Assembly (NCBI GenBank): GCA_043228905.1
Contig: JBHGNT010000018.1
Location: 8,680,001-8,744,000 of the forward strand
Direction: 5' to 3'
Length of the DNA stretch: 64,000 bases
Source of the DNA: Azolla caroliniana
Lineage: Eukaryota; Plantae; Polypodiophyta
The notes beneath the pieces are model-generated. The model was given only the letters and a program-made list of their open reading frames with translations. It was not told the origin of the DNA and ran no database searches. Of this stretch, positions 1 through 12,000 are shown piece after piece (position 1 is the stretch's first letter; each line of letters opens with the position of its first letter). The position numbers and the translations under genes are program-made.

Positions 1-276
1 AATGTCCATTCAACACCAGTCATTGACACATCAATCTAGTCTTCTCATTTCATGCCATATTGTCTCTGTGATCTTCATATTTGTCTTCATGCTCTCGAGT
101 TAATCCTAGCTTCCTAAGCTCATAGTCTCATAACTCACAACTTCTAGAGTTCCTAGCCTCGTCACACTTCTAGTTCCAAGTTCTTAGCTTGTCACTTGTA
201 GCCCCATCATCTGTGCTCCACCTGAGCCTCTGGTTGGTGTGTCCGTGTTAGTTTTAATCCCTTCCAACTGGAAACA

Positions 277-628
277 TCACCCGTCTTCGTCATCGCCCTT
301 ACTTCCAGAGTTATCATCATCATCCCTATCTTTGCACTTCTTATCATCTTCCATATCCTTATCTCTGCGTTTTTTGTCATTGTCATCCTTCTCCCTGTGT
401 TTCCTGCCGTTTTCATCATTGTCTATGTGTTTCTTATCATCATCATCCCTATCTATGTGTTTCTTATCATCTTCATCGTTGTCCCTGGGTTTTCTATCGT
501 CCTCTATATGTCTGTCTTTGTGTTTCTTTTTATCCTCAATGTCTCGATCTCTGTGTTTCTTATCCTCTTCATCTACTTCTTTGTTTCCATCATTGCCATA
601 GACACAATCATTGCTTTCGGAGACGCGT
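277..628 (-). repeat. Degenerate ~30-33 bp tandem repeat; minus frame reads as an ATG-less D/K/R-rich repeat (DDKKHxDxD)
   Basis: Recurring tcatcatc/tttcttatc units. Lies upstream of a polypurine tract and LTR start, so probably the 3' internal region of an LTR element. Confidence 0.55.
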
Positions 629-769
629 CCTCAACATCGTTGTCTTCATTGCTTTGTCTTCGACATCATCATCTTCAACACCTCTTGGTGTTGTCATCAA
701 CACTACTTTGCTTAGCCTTCATCGACACTACTTTGCCTAGTGGTCATCGACGTCATGTGTCCCAGTTCC

Positions 770-1160
770 TGGTCGCTCACGCCCGTTCGTGTTCGTGTCT
801 CTGATGAGGACCGCACATGGTCGCTCACGTCCGTTCGTGTTCGTGTCTACGGTGAGAACCGCACAAGGTCGCTCATGCCCATTGGTATCCCAGTTCCCGG
901 TGAGGACCACACATGGTCGATCGCACCCATTGGTGTTCGTGTCTCCAGTGAGGACCACACAAGGTTGCTCATGCCCGTTGGTGTTCGTGTCTCCGGTGAG
1001 GACTGCACATGGTCGCTCACGCCCATTGGTGTTCGTGTCTCTGGGAGGACCGTACATGGTCGCTCATGCCCGTTGGTGCTTCAATTCCCGATGAAGGACC
1101 ATACATGGTCGCTCATGTTCACTCATGTTCCATTCTCCGGTGAGGACCACACATGGTCAG
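770..1160. repeat. 48-bp minisatellite, about 8 copies
   Basis: Unit tggtcgctcacgcccgttcgtgttcgtgtctctgatgaggaccgcaca; gives a 16-aa period in the overlapping ORFs. Confidence 0.9.
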
Positions 1161-1205
1161 CCACTCCTCAACCTACTTCAGTTTTCTCTTTCAGCTCACC
1201 CCTAC

Positions 1206-1590
1206 ACCACGCTTCTGAAAAGGAGGCCATAAAGGGGAGAATAATGTCACGAACATGACTACCACGCTTCCGAAAAGGTGGTCGTAAAGGGGAGGATAAT
1301 GTTACGGACATGACAACAGTCATGTCAAGATTCAAACTCTTCACCTCTTGTATATAGTCAAGTGCTATATTTTTTATAAAAATTATCCTCCATTAGTATT
1401 AAGATTAAAATAGCCAAAGGCAAGATACTCAAGTGCTATATTCTAACCAACACATCCATATAGATGCTCATGTTATCTATAACTTAGTAGATTATTAGTA
1501 GATTATTTATTCCAAGTTCTAGGAGTTTTTAGAAGCTTTTGCATGAAAATGGGTCGATGCATAGAACTATATGTAGAGGCCACAAACATG
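1206..1590 (+). mobile_element. Duplicated polypurine tract plus start of a Gypsy-type 3' LTR (TGTTACGGACATGAC at 1300), cut by the Copia insertion at 1591
   Basis: aaaggggagRataa purine tract followed by TGTYACG at 1245 and 1300. The LTR start resembles TGTTACGGGCATGAC at 31556. Confidence 0.6.
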
Positions 1591-2050
1591 TGTTGAGAGA
1601 TCAAGCTCAACTTAGTTTAGTTAGTTAGTCAACCATGTAACTTCGTAGTTACCTAGGTAGAATCTAGTTAGAAGTGTTGACTATAATGCCTTAAATAGGA
1701 CCTTGTACTTAAGTGGGATATTCTAGATCCTCCACTCCTAAGTACATTTAATATAGGACTTACACCGTGGTACCTATATTCCACTCATACATGTGCACCC
1801 TTGCACATGAGATGTATATATACCTCATTGTGGGTATTTTTGTATTTGATGATGATAATGCTAATTTAATATACTTACTCATCCCCCATCTTGTGTTGTT
1901 CATAAGTGTATCTCTCTCTCTCTCTCTCTCTCTCTTCCTCTCACACATACACACACATATCACATAATCTTCCGCTTACTAACTTTATCACATAATTAGG
2001 TACTAATTAACTCTTAATTACTTACCTAATTCTTAACATGGTATCAGAGC
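1591..2050 (+). mobile_element. Copia-1 5' LTR (1591-2038) and tRNA-iMet primer binding site (2039-2050)
   Basis: TGTTGAG...TTAACA followed by TGGTATCAGAGC. The start matches the LTR start at 59823 (tgttgag...caagctcaac). Confidence 0.8.
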
Positions 2051-2198
2051 GTGTGGTTTAGCACATCCACTAAGCCCACCCAACTCTTCATAATTGTGTG
2101 TTCGAAACGCCGACGACAAATTCCGGCCATTCAAACACACAATTGTGCCGCTATGTGATTGAAGGAAGAAAAACAAAAGAAGAGAAGACACAATCAAC

Positions 2199-4871
2199 AT
2201 GAACACACAAATGGGTAGCTCGCTCCCTAGTGAAAAGCTAGACCGGAGCAATTATTCATCTTGGGAGTACAAGATGACCCAATACCTCGTCGGCCAAGGG
2301 TATTGGAGCTACATCAACAGTGCACAAGAAAATCGACCCAACTCGAAAAATGCCGACTATTCAACATGGGAGCAAGCGGCAAGTCGAGTCATGTATTGCT
2401 TGGCAACATGTGTCCACGACCACATGCTTAGTCACATTCGAGACACCAAGACGCCCAAAGAGGTGTGGGAGAACTTAAAGAAAATGTTCGCCGCGAACAC
2501 GACCGCCCGAAAGCTTCAACTCTGACAAGAGTTGAACAACATTCGGCAAAAAGACATGTCCATGTCGGACTACACCGCCAAGATCAAGAGCATTTGCGAC
2601 TCGCTTGGCTCCATCAAAATAAACATCGACAAAGACGAGATGGTTCAAGTATGCTTGGGTGGCCTCGCACAACGATTCAATCCATTACGGACGGCAATCT
2701 TGGCGAGAGAAAACCCTCATTCATTCTTCGACCTCCAATCAATGCTATTGGTCGAAGAGAACCACGTCCGAACCAAAAGAAAGACGTTGGAAGGACAAAT
2801 GTTCTTCTAGAATTCGGACGGTGGCCGAGGAGGAGGTCACGATGGTAGAAGAGGTCAATTCAACCCATCACACGAAGGGAACTCAAACCTTCACAGAAGC
2901 CATCGAGGAACCTTGGGAAGAATGGGGAGCTTCCACGCCGAACATGGTCGGGAAATGAGGCCCGCAACTTGCAACTATTGCAGAAAAATCGGCCACCGCG
3001 AGGAGGAATGCTAAAAAAGAATAAGCGAGTCGGCTTCCACAAGTCGACAACACACGAATTACGCCGTCAACTCCGAATACACTGATTACGGAGGACTATT
3101 CATAATGAGGCATAGAGCGAACTCTATGTCGGCCTCCAACTCTGCAAGCACCTCCAACTCGGAAGACATGTGGTTCGTCGACTCCGGTGCCTCAAATCAC
3201 ATGACATCTCACGAAGAGTGGTTTTGTGATTTACGAACGCCGGATCAACCCGGCTTCATAGAGACGGGAGACGACACCACGTACCCCATTCGGCACATCG
3301 GCAATGTCCCATTCGGGAAAGAAGGTGAGCAAACTTGCATCAAGAATGTCTTGCATGTGCCCACGATAACGAAGAATTTGGTCTCGGTAGGCCAAATCAT
3401 GGACCAAGGAATGGAAGTTCGCTTCAACAAAGAAGGATGCTTCATCGAGAAAGATGGGCGACTCTTAGCGAAGGGGTGGAGAGACGACCGAATGTTCATC
3501 CTCGATTCGAACGAGGTGAAATCGGCAATGTACGCTAAAAGTCTCAAAATTGAGACAAGCATCGAGTTGTGGCACAAGAGAATCGGCCACATAAACCTCC
3601 AACGGCTTCGGGCGATGCAAACCAAGGGAGTCGTCATCGGACTTCCGACATTCGAGTCGAAACAAGTTGATCGAGTTTGCGAAGCGTGTCAACTCGGCAA
3701 ACAACATCGACTCCCATTCCCGAAGGAGAGCCATGCAAGCAAAGGCCTCCTCGACGTCATACACTATGTAACCTTCATCGACGACTACTCCCACTACGTG
3801 TGGATCTACCCGATGAAGAAGAAAAGCGAAGTGCTCTCCCACTTCCAAAAGCTCAAGCCCGAAGTCGAAAAAGAAACCGGTTGGCACATTCGATGCCTAC
3901 GATCAGATGGAGGAAATGAGTACTTATCCGATGAATTCACCTCCTACCTCCAAAGTGAAGGCATTCGGAGAGAATTCTCGTGCCGACACACACCCCAAAA
4001 AAATGGAGTAGCCGAAAGGAAGAATCGGCAAATACTCGAGGTAGCACGCGCCGTGATGCATGAGAAGCACATGTCGAACTTCTATTGGGCCGAAGCGGCA
4101 TCCACGGCCGTCTATCGCATGAACCGGTGCACCACCAATGGAGTCCATGAGCTAACTCCATACGAGCTCCTCATCGGAAGGAAGCAGATCCTGTCGCACC
4201 TAAAGGTGTTCGGAAGCATTGCGAATGTAAGCATCCCGAACGAACAACAATTGAAGCCCAATGCAAAGTCGGAGGAATGTATCCTCATAGGATACTCGTC
4301 CGGGAAGAAGGCATACAAGTGCTACAACCCTTCTACCCGAGTGGTTCGGGTAAGTCGAGACGTAGTCTGCGACGAGTCCGCATCCTGGTACGCACCAGAG
4401 ACAACTTCGACTCCGACTACGCTCGACCCGGAATCGGCTGAACAAGAGGTAGAAGATGGAGATCGCTTCGAACACATGTTCGAAGAATGTCTGATTATGG
4501 CAAGGCCTAGTGGGCCACAAGAGCCCCCACGCAACCCAAGCACGTCGCGGCCAAGTACGAACTTGGAGAAAGGCAAAGGTAAAATGCCCGAATACGAAGT
4601 CGACCACCTTGACGACAATGATTCGGATGGATCGACTCCCTCACTAGACAGTGAGTTTGGTGTACCCATCATGCGTACACCCGGAGTAAAGAAGGCGCTC
4701 ACATCGGCGAGCGAAAAACTTCGATGCTCTTCTAGAGAGAAGAATCCTGTCACTCCGCTCGGCTACAACGAGTATAGGGACCATCATTACGCCTTCGTGA
4801 TGAAGGTAGCGGGCGAACAAGAGCCCAAGAGCTCCACCAAAGCTGCTCGTAACCCACGATGGGTGGAAGTA
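2199..4871 (+). pseudogene. Ty1/Copia gag-protease-integrase, disrupted and truncated at the start of RT
   Basis: Gag EKLDRSNYSSWEYK, protease WFVDSGASNHMT, GAG-pre-integrase LWHKRIGH, integrase LRSDGGNEY/NGVAERKNR. In-frame stops and a deletion in the integrase (LDVIH|YVTFIDD). Confidence 0.92.
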
Positions 4872-4947
4872 GTCGACCTTCACCCACACGCTACAAGCCT
4901 TCGTCACCGGCTTGAGTGAATTGGACTGGAGCCGACTACATATGCTA

Positions 4948-5540
4948 GCAATACATCCTCTTGACTGATGAAGGTGAATTGGAGTGCTATGAAGAGGTCA
5001 TGACCAATGAGCACAAGATGAAATGGTTGAGTGCAATGCAAGACGAGATGGACTCTTTGCACAAAAATTATACTTAAGACATGGTGGAGCTACCAAAAGG
5101 TAAGAGAGCACTCAGGAACAAATGGGTCTATAAGGTAAAGATTGGAGAAGTTGACAGTGCACCTAGATATAAAGCCTGCATTGTGGTGAAGGGGTTTCAA
5201 TAGTAAAAGGGTGTCGACTTTGACGAGCTATTCGCTAGCAAGGAAATGATTTGGATGCAAAAGTTTATTTTAGAATCAAGTTTGAATCAACTGACTTATG
5301 TGATCTTTTGTGACAGTCGAAGTGCAATAGGTTTGAGCAAGAACTCTATGTACCATTCTAGGAAGAAGGATATTTCCATGAGGTACGATTCAAGAATTAC
5401 ACATAGATGACAATGGTGTTGACTTGTTGACTAAGGTGGTCTCCAAAGAAAAGCTTCAACTATGTGCCAAGCTTGTTGGATTAGATGGAAATTGAGTCAC
5501 TCAACAAAATTTTCTTCGTATGTGATTGAAGATGGAGGTT
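4948..5540 (+). pseudogene. Second Copia fragment (Tnt1/Tork-like): RT N-terminus fused to RNase H, then a purine tract and putative LTR start
   Basis: Hand translation ILLTDEGELECYEEVM...WLSAMQDEMDSL...ELPKGKRALRNKWVYK...GVDFDELFA|SKEMIW...FCDSRSAIGLSKNSMYHSR; stop at 5493-5495. Confidence 0.8.
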
Positions 5541-6269
5541 GTTAAATGTTTTCTTCCAAACAATTTATGTGTGTGAATGCTACGTGGATGCCCAAATGTT
5601 ATATTTTTAATATAATGTAAGCAAGTCACAAATATAAATATTTACATATATACTCACTTTTAAAAAGTGAGAAAGGGGATCAATGGAGAAGTTTTGGTCA
5701 GTGTCTAGAATTAAATCGTTTGGTTTATCCATTGATAGTGAGCTATTTTTGGGCTTGGTCCCATGGCTTTTAATCACTTGTAGAAGGGTTTCCATAATAA
5801 AATTTGGTTGGTGGGGTATCGTGCATTCCAATGTTGTGTTTTTTGTTTTTTTTTTCAATTGACATAAGATAATCTTTGCCTCTAATCAAGTTGTGAAGTT
5901 CTACTTTCATTCCTAACAAAATGAAATGTCAAGGGTCAATGATGACGAATCACTTATTGACTTCTAGGAGAGTTTTTTGGAATTGGTGCAGTGATACCCC
6001 ATACCAGAAAGGGAGGATACAAACTCCTTCCAAATGGAGGAACTATTTACATAGAGAAGGGTGTTTAAACTTTCTTTCTAAGTTCAAATTAATCAAATGG
6101 CATGGTAGAGGTTGGTTCAAGTACAAGGTTCCAGGTTGGCTATTTGGTTATATATGTATTGCAATGTGGGTTTCTGTAACAAGTCCCCCATTCCAATGGA
6201 TCTTTGCACAAGTGGAATTTACAGTTTCCCCTTCACCACTACTCCCAAATGCACTACCTCTTACTAGGT

Positions 6270-7110
6270 TATGCTCTTGGAAACATGTGTTCGACCCATA
6301 GAAATATTGGCACTCTAAAGAGTACATAAATACATTACAAAAGTCAAGAATATGCCGAATCATCAATTACCACATCTTGCTTGGAATGTTGGATGTAAGT
6401 TACAAAAGAATCATAAGAGCAAGATTCTCTCATCTGGTTGGGTTATTGACATAAGGAAATAGTTTAGAAGATGGGGTGTGGATGATCTTTTAGAGCTTTC
6501 AAGCGATTCTATGCATTATGTAATGATTGAGGAAAGGTCAGTGGAATAATGAAGGATGAAGTGGGAAGATGCTAAGAGGACAAAGCTATAATACTACATT
6601 GCAAATGTCAACCATGAATGTTGGTCTCAATATAAAGCAAGAATGCCTATTGATCGTATCCAACCTTATGTCAGTACCAATATCAGGAGTAATGCTCATA
6701 AATCCCTTACACTACTTCGCACTCGATCTCACAAGTTAGGTATTGAAGTTGCATCATGGTATCAAAATGTAACAAATTTGAAGACATGTAAAGTATGCAA
6801 CGAAGGCAGGGTAGAGGATGACTGTCACTTGCTCTTCACATGCTTGACATATAGTGCAATTCGTTCAAGATATGTTGACATACTAAGAGGGAGTGAAAAC
6901 TTAAGTGCCAGACTTAAGAAACCACCTAGAAGGTTGAGCTCATATGTGTAACATGTATGCTTTATTCACACATAGAGACATTGTGCTTCAATGTATGAAT
7001 ACCCCTTCTTAGGAAGGAGACACAGATCAAGAACACATGTATACTCTGGACCCATAGGTCAAAATTGGCCTCTTTATGGACGATAAAAATTCTAATTCTA
7101 ATTCTAATTC
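6270..7110 (+). mobile_element. 5'-truncated LINE (RTE/RTE-X-like) 3' end with an (ATTCTA)n tail
   Basis: C-terminal LRTRSHKLGIEV...CKVCNEGRVEDDCHLLFTCLTYSAIR zinc-binding segment typical of LINE ORF2 ends. The element ends in the tandem repeat attctaattctaattctaattc. Confidence 0.75.
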
Positions 7111-7551
7111 CCTTGAGTTGTTGCTTGAGATTCGAGTATAATGGTGTTCGTGAAATGTGACTGTACATGAGGCGCAATGAGGGGTTAAAACACATATATA
7201 CGGATGTTGAAGAAAACAAAAGGTATACTACTGATAGACGGTTCTCAAGGGCATGGTAATAATACACGAAGAGATCTAGAAAATGATCCGGCCTATCTAC
7301 GGGTTTCTTTTCGTAGTTAATACAAGGAAAGAAAGATTGGCAATTTCACACACAAAGAAAGGCCATGGTCCTACTACACACAAAGCTAGAGGTTTTACAG
7401 AAGTATTTTTCCTCTTGATTTCAACTATTCAATCATCACTTGTAGACATGCCAGGTGGCACAAGCATTCTCCCATACAGAGGCAGAGGCAGAGGCAGAGG
7501 CAGAGGCAGAGAGAGAGAGAGATCGGCTGTATTCTGCACATCTTCCTGAAC

Positions 7552-9023
7552 ATGGCCAATTTTCCGCATTTGAATGAGAATGAGAATTTACGTGTAAGTT
7601 AATCATGTTCTTGGTGGACTAAAAATGAGCACATACTGTCTAAAGAATTTACTAGGTATTTGAATCAAATGTCAGGATGTGAAAGATTCAGTGAAGAGGG
7701 TAGGGCAGGAGTCCCGGGTCCCGGTGCCATCAGCCGAAGTGCCGGGGGTCGGACACGTGAAGAGCTTGGCTATGAAGCAAGTAAGAGAAATGACGAAGAG
7801 TTTCTCATTTCTCTCTTCTTTTCCCCATCAAAACATGTGCCTATGCATGCTTATGTGTGTGTGTAGGGGTAGTGGTTAGGGTAAGGTGTGTGCATGTGCT
7901 TTGTGTAATCATGTGCATGTCTCGTTGGACAGCTTGTATGCGGGATTATCGCGGGCACGGTGGCCTCGTTTGCCATCTCACCATTTGAAGTGGTTCACAC
8001 CAGAGTTGTGGCGGAGCATGGAGGGAGATCGGTGTCGGAAGTGCTCAAAAGAGTGGCCAAATTCGAAGGGATAGAGAGCTTACTGAAAGGAAATCTAAAG
8101 GTCTCCTTATTTGCAACTTCCCTCCAGAAAGGAGTACAGGTAAAAAATACATGTATTAGATCTATCAAGTGATGATACAACTCTTTAGCTTCTTGGTAGA
8201 CTAAAATGAGCACATACTGTATAAAGGATTTTACTCATAATATTAGGGTTTTTGGCTATAGTTTTCGGTGTTCGAAAGCGTGAAGAGGAACGTGGAAGCA
8301 AAGTTGGGTCGGGGCCCGAAGTGGCTTCCGGTATCGGCGGTAGCGGGTGCTTCGGCCGGGCTCGCATCCACAATCGTTGTGTACCCGTTTAACATGCTCA
8401 TGGATCGCCTTCTTTTGGAGGTAAAATAACACACCCGAAATGCCCTCCCCCCAAAGGTTGATTCTTGACTTTGTTTTCTTATGTGGAGGGGGGTAGTACT
8501 TCAACTTCCACTTGATTTGTAGCCAAATAAGTACCCTTCACTATGGAAAGCTGTGACCAAGGTAGTTCAACAAAATGGTGTTTCCGAACTGTATCGAGGG
8601 TTTCTCCCGGCCATCATCACTCTGGTACCTCAGGCCGCGACTAGCTTCTATACGTACGAGACCTTATCGAATCGCCTAAAAGAGAAGAAATTGCACTCTC
8701 CGATTGCCGACGCGGTTGGCTCCGGCACGGCTGCAGGTTTGGTTGCGACAGCCTTGACCTACCCATTAGAGCTTGCAAGGAAGAAGATTAGTATGAGTGC
8801 TATCCCAAAAGGAAGGGTTGCCACGGGTGGGTGTTATAACAACCTTTCCCAGGCATTGAACGGAATCGTACGACGAGAAGGTGTGGGTGGTCTTTATCGA
8901 GGATTTGTTGTTCAAGCTCTACAATTCGTTCCGTTGACCACAATCTCATTTGTGGTCTATGAGGTTGCTAAAAGGGGGCTTATTGCCCAAGATGAGGAGG
9001 ATCGGGATGAAATCAAAGGATAG
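7552..9023 (+). CDS. BT1: Mitochondrial carrier family (SLC25) protein, Brittle-1/BT1-like adenine nucleotide transporter, ~337 aa; exons 7552-7593, 7676-7780, 7933-8139, 8262-8420, 8523-9023
   Basis: All introns are GT-AG and phase 0, giving an open spliced frame. Three carrier repeats (SPFEVVHTR, YPFNMLMDR, YPLELARKK) plus ELYRG, VPQAATSFYTYE and EGVGGLYRG...ISFVVYEVAK, resembling plant BT1. Exon 1 is the least certain. Confidence 0.82.
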
Positions 9024-12000
9024 TTGTTAAAAACATTGTCGAATGAATGTCCCAGAAACAAAACAAAGAAACTTTGAAGTACAATAGTTTACAATAAGGA
9101 TCCACAAGGACGTCAATCTTTGTGGATAAATATTATGAATGTTCTCCACAAATACATTGGACATAAATTAGATTTTGAATCACCCATATCCATTTTTAAC
9201 AAGATGGGAAATAGTGTTTTTATTATTGTGGATAAAATGGAAAGTAGAATTTAGCTCGTGATATATTCCGCTATGTGAAGTGAGTGTAAGCATCATCGCC
9301 TCTAGGTATGACATTTCTCCAACTTTTTTTGTTCCCAAATTAAATAGATTTTAATTAAACTTTGGAAATTAAGTTTCTGTCTAAATGAACTTTGTCCTTG
9401 GACATCGTTTGGCATGCTCAAGTTTTTGTTTTATATTGAATGGACATTTTCTTGAATCTTTGAGATTTTCTTTGAGCTTTAATGGAATTTTTGTTAAATA
9501 TAGGAAATCTTGTCCCAAATCAAGAATACCTTGTTCTCGGCTTGATTTTTATATTTGTTTAGATCAACACTTACATTCAGTAATTGTTTATGGTTTGTTG
9601 AGGTCGATTTAGATTAAATAGAAAATAGAACAAGAATCATCCTGATAGTCATAAAAGTTAAGCATTAGTCTTTATTTTCGTTAGAGATCAAGCCAACGCA
9701 TTAATTATCCTTTGTCCTTGGTCAAGGCAATTATGTTTGTTCATCCAAGCTCATGTATTTTGATTTGAGCCAAAAGGGACTTCATCTTTGTACAAATTAA
9801 TTTAGAGTTAACATTATGTTAGTCTTGTTTATGGATCACTAATCAAACCCATTATTGCTTGTTCTAAACCCACAAATTGTTGACACATGATCATTCGTGG
9901 TTTTGAGAAGAGGTTTGTTTGATGAACGGAGACAAGAATCATTCATATGATCATATTTTTGTTTTAGGTTACATAGTTCAATGCTTATTTGATTGATTTT
10001 TTTTTTATCTTGGTACACTTGAGGTTTTTCTTCTAGACGAATGATGAAACATAGTTTCGTATGTACTTTTTACTTTCTGGGCTCAAATATTCTTTTAACA
10101 AAATGACCCAACTTGCTTTGGCTTATGGTCTTGAGATGTACTTGACTCAAGATGTCACTAATCCGGTTTAGAGGGTAGTTATGTCTAGTCATCACTTCCA
10201 AAAGTGCTTATTCACCAAACAAAGAATGATTAAATGTTCCCGCGATATCAAGTTTTACTTCTAAATCAACGTGTCTTTGAATTTCTATGTTTGTTCATTG
10301 AGCAAAATATCATTTTTTCATGACATTTTTAATGTTTTGCTCTAAATAAAATGCAATGTACAATTCTACTTAGTTTTTGGTCACTCCTACCATGTTAATA
10401 TTGAGGTTCATTTTAGATTAAATGGAAAATAAAAGTAATCTAATGTTTTTCCACATGATGTGCATTTTTCTTTATTCTATTGTGTCAAGGAAGTTCGTCC
10501 TCGTCATGATTTTATCAAGAAAGAGATATGTTCCTTTATTAGGGAGTTAGTTAGCAAGAAAAAGAGCCCTTAGCTCTTTCTTACCTTCTCTTTTAGAAGG
10601 AAGTTCACCCTCAAAAAGTTAATTTAATAAGTATCTTTTAGAAATTTGGTGTTGACGTTAACTTTTGAAATATGATGTTTATAATTGTTCATAGGGTTTA
10701 CATAGAGGAGGTTGTTGATTATGGCATTAAACATTTATCAATCATTTCATATCCCATGCTATAGTCTAGAGATACTCAAACCCCTTGGCTACAAAGACAA
10801 AATTGACAAATATAAATGTAAATGATGTTAAGGGATATAAGGGTTGTATGCATAAATCTTAAACGTGTAAACCCTCTGAAAAGGGACATATGTTTAATTG
10901 TGCTAAATGTAAAAGAACTATCAAGAAGAAAGTATAAACCTTTGAAAGGGGTGCTTTAATCTTCTCCGTTAGATCAGGTCAAGACTAAATGCCTAATTAT
11001 TATATTAAGCCTAAGCTTGCAATTTCTTGAAGTGGAGTGATGAAAGTTTGAATGTGTCTGTGACTTCCTATCTCTTTGCTCTTCTATTAAGTGTTTTAAA
11101 GTGCATTAAAGTCTTGTCATGTTTTAAATAATTGCTAAATCATATATTTGTGATTAGCTCATTCAGTAATATTAGAGTTTGGTTAGCGTTAAGTGATACA
11201 CTAGTAGCTCAAAGTTGTGGATATCCACTATTTCCCATCTCACCAACAAAAGCATAGATAGTGATACGATCCCCCACAATGACCTAGTGGTGGATCTTAT
11301 GACAAGTATTGGAGGAAGATGTACAATATCTAGTGAAATAATGAAAGATACCACATCTTTGGCACCATTGTTAAGGACTAGAATCTTTGCCTTAAGCTTG
11401 GAAGAAAACTAGCACAAAGTAGAAGAAACTAAAGAAAGAGGGAGGCTTCATAACAATGTTGAACAAGGAATACTTGATATTAGAACTCTATTACAATGTA
11501 GTGTGAGAGACCAGCTTCATAGACTTACCACCCTTTGAACTAGTTGGTGAGACTGTTAACCACTAGGTATGGCTACAACAAAGAACGAATGACAAGAAAT
11601 TGCTAACAAAGACCATGGTTAAGAAAACTTAAGATGAACGAAGTGGCTAACCCAAAGCTTGTTGCCACACTCTAGACCATCCAAACCTTTTTTATCCTAG
11701 TCCCTAGAGAGAGGAGGCCAAGTCTACGTCATAGTCATGACAATGAAAACAAGAAGTCGGCACAAATAAGTAAGCACTTACCCCATTTGATGGGTATAGG
11801 TGATGCTTATGACCCTATAGAATGGCTCATTAAACAAATAATATGAGCTTATAAAATAGTATCGATTGAATAGTAGTGTCATCGTATTTGGGTTTATCTG
11901 TTGATCATCAACAAAATCTTATGAATAAGTTCATCTATGGGCTATATGACCCAACCTACAAAATTTCTTCATAGCTAACGAGTGTCATACTTTCAATCAC

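Noticed and set aside
207-1258. Overlapping ORFs as real genes
   Set aside because: They arise from tandem repeats with unit lengths divisible by three and show no recognisable domain.
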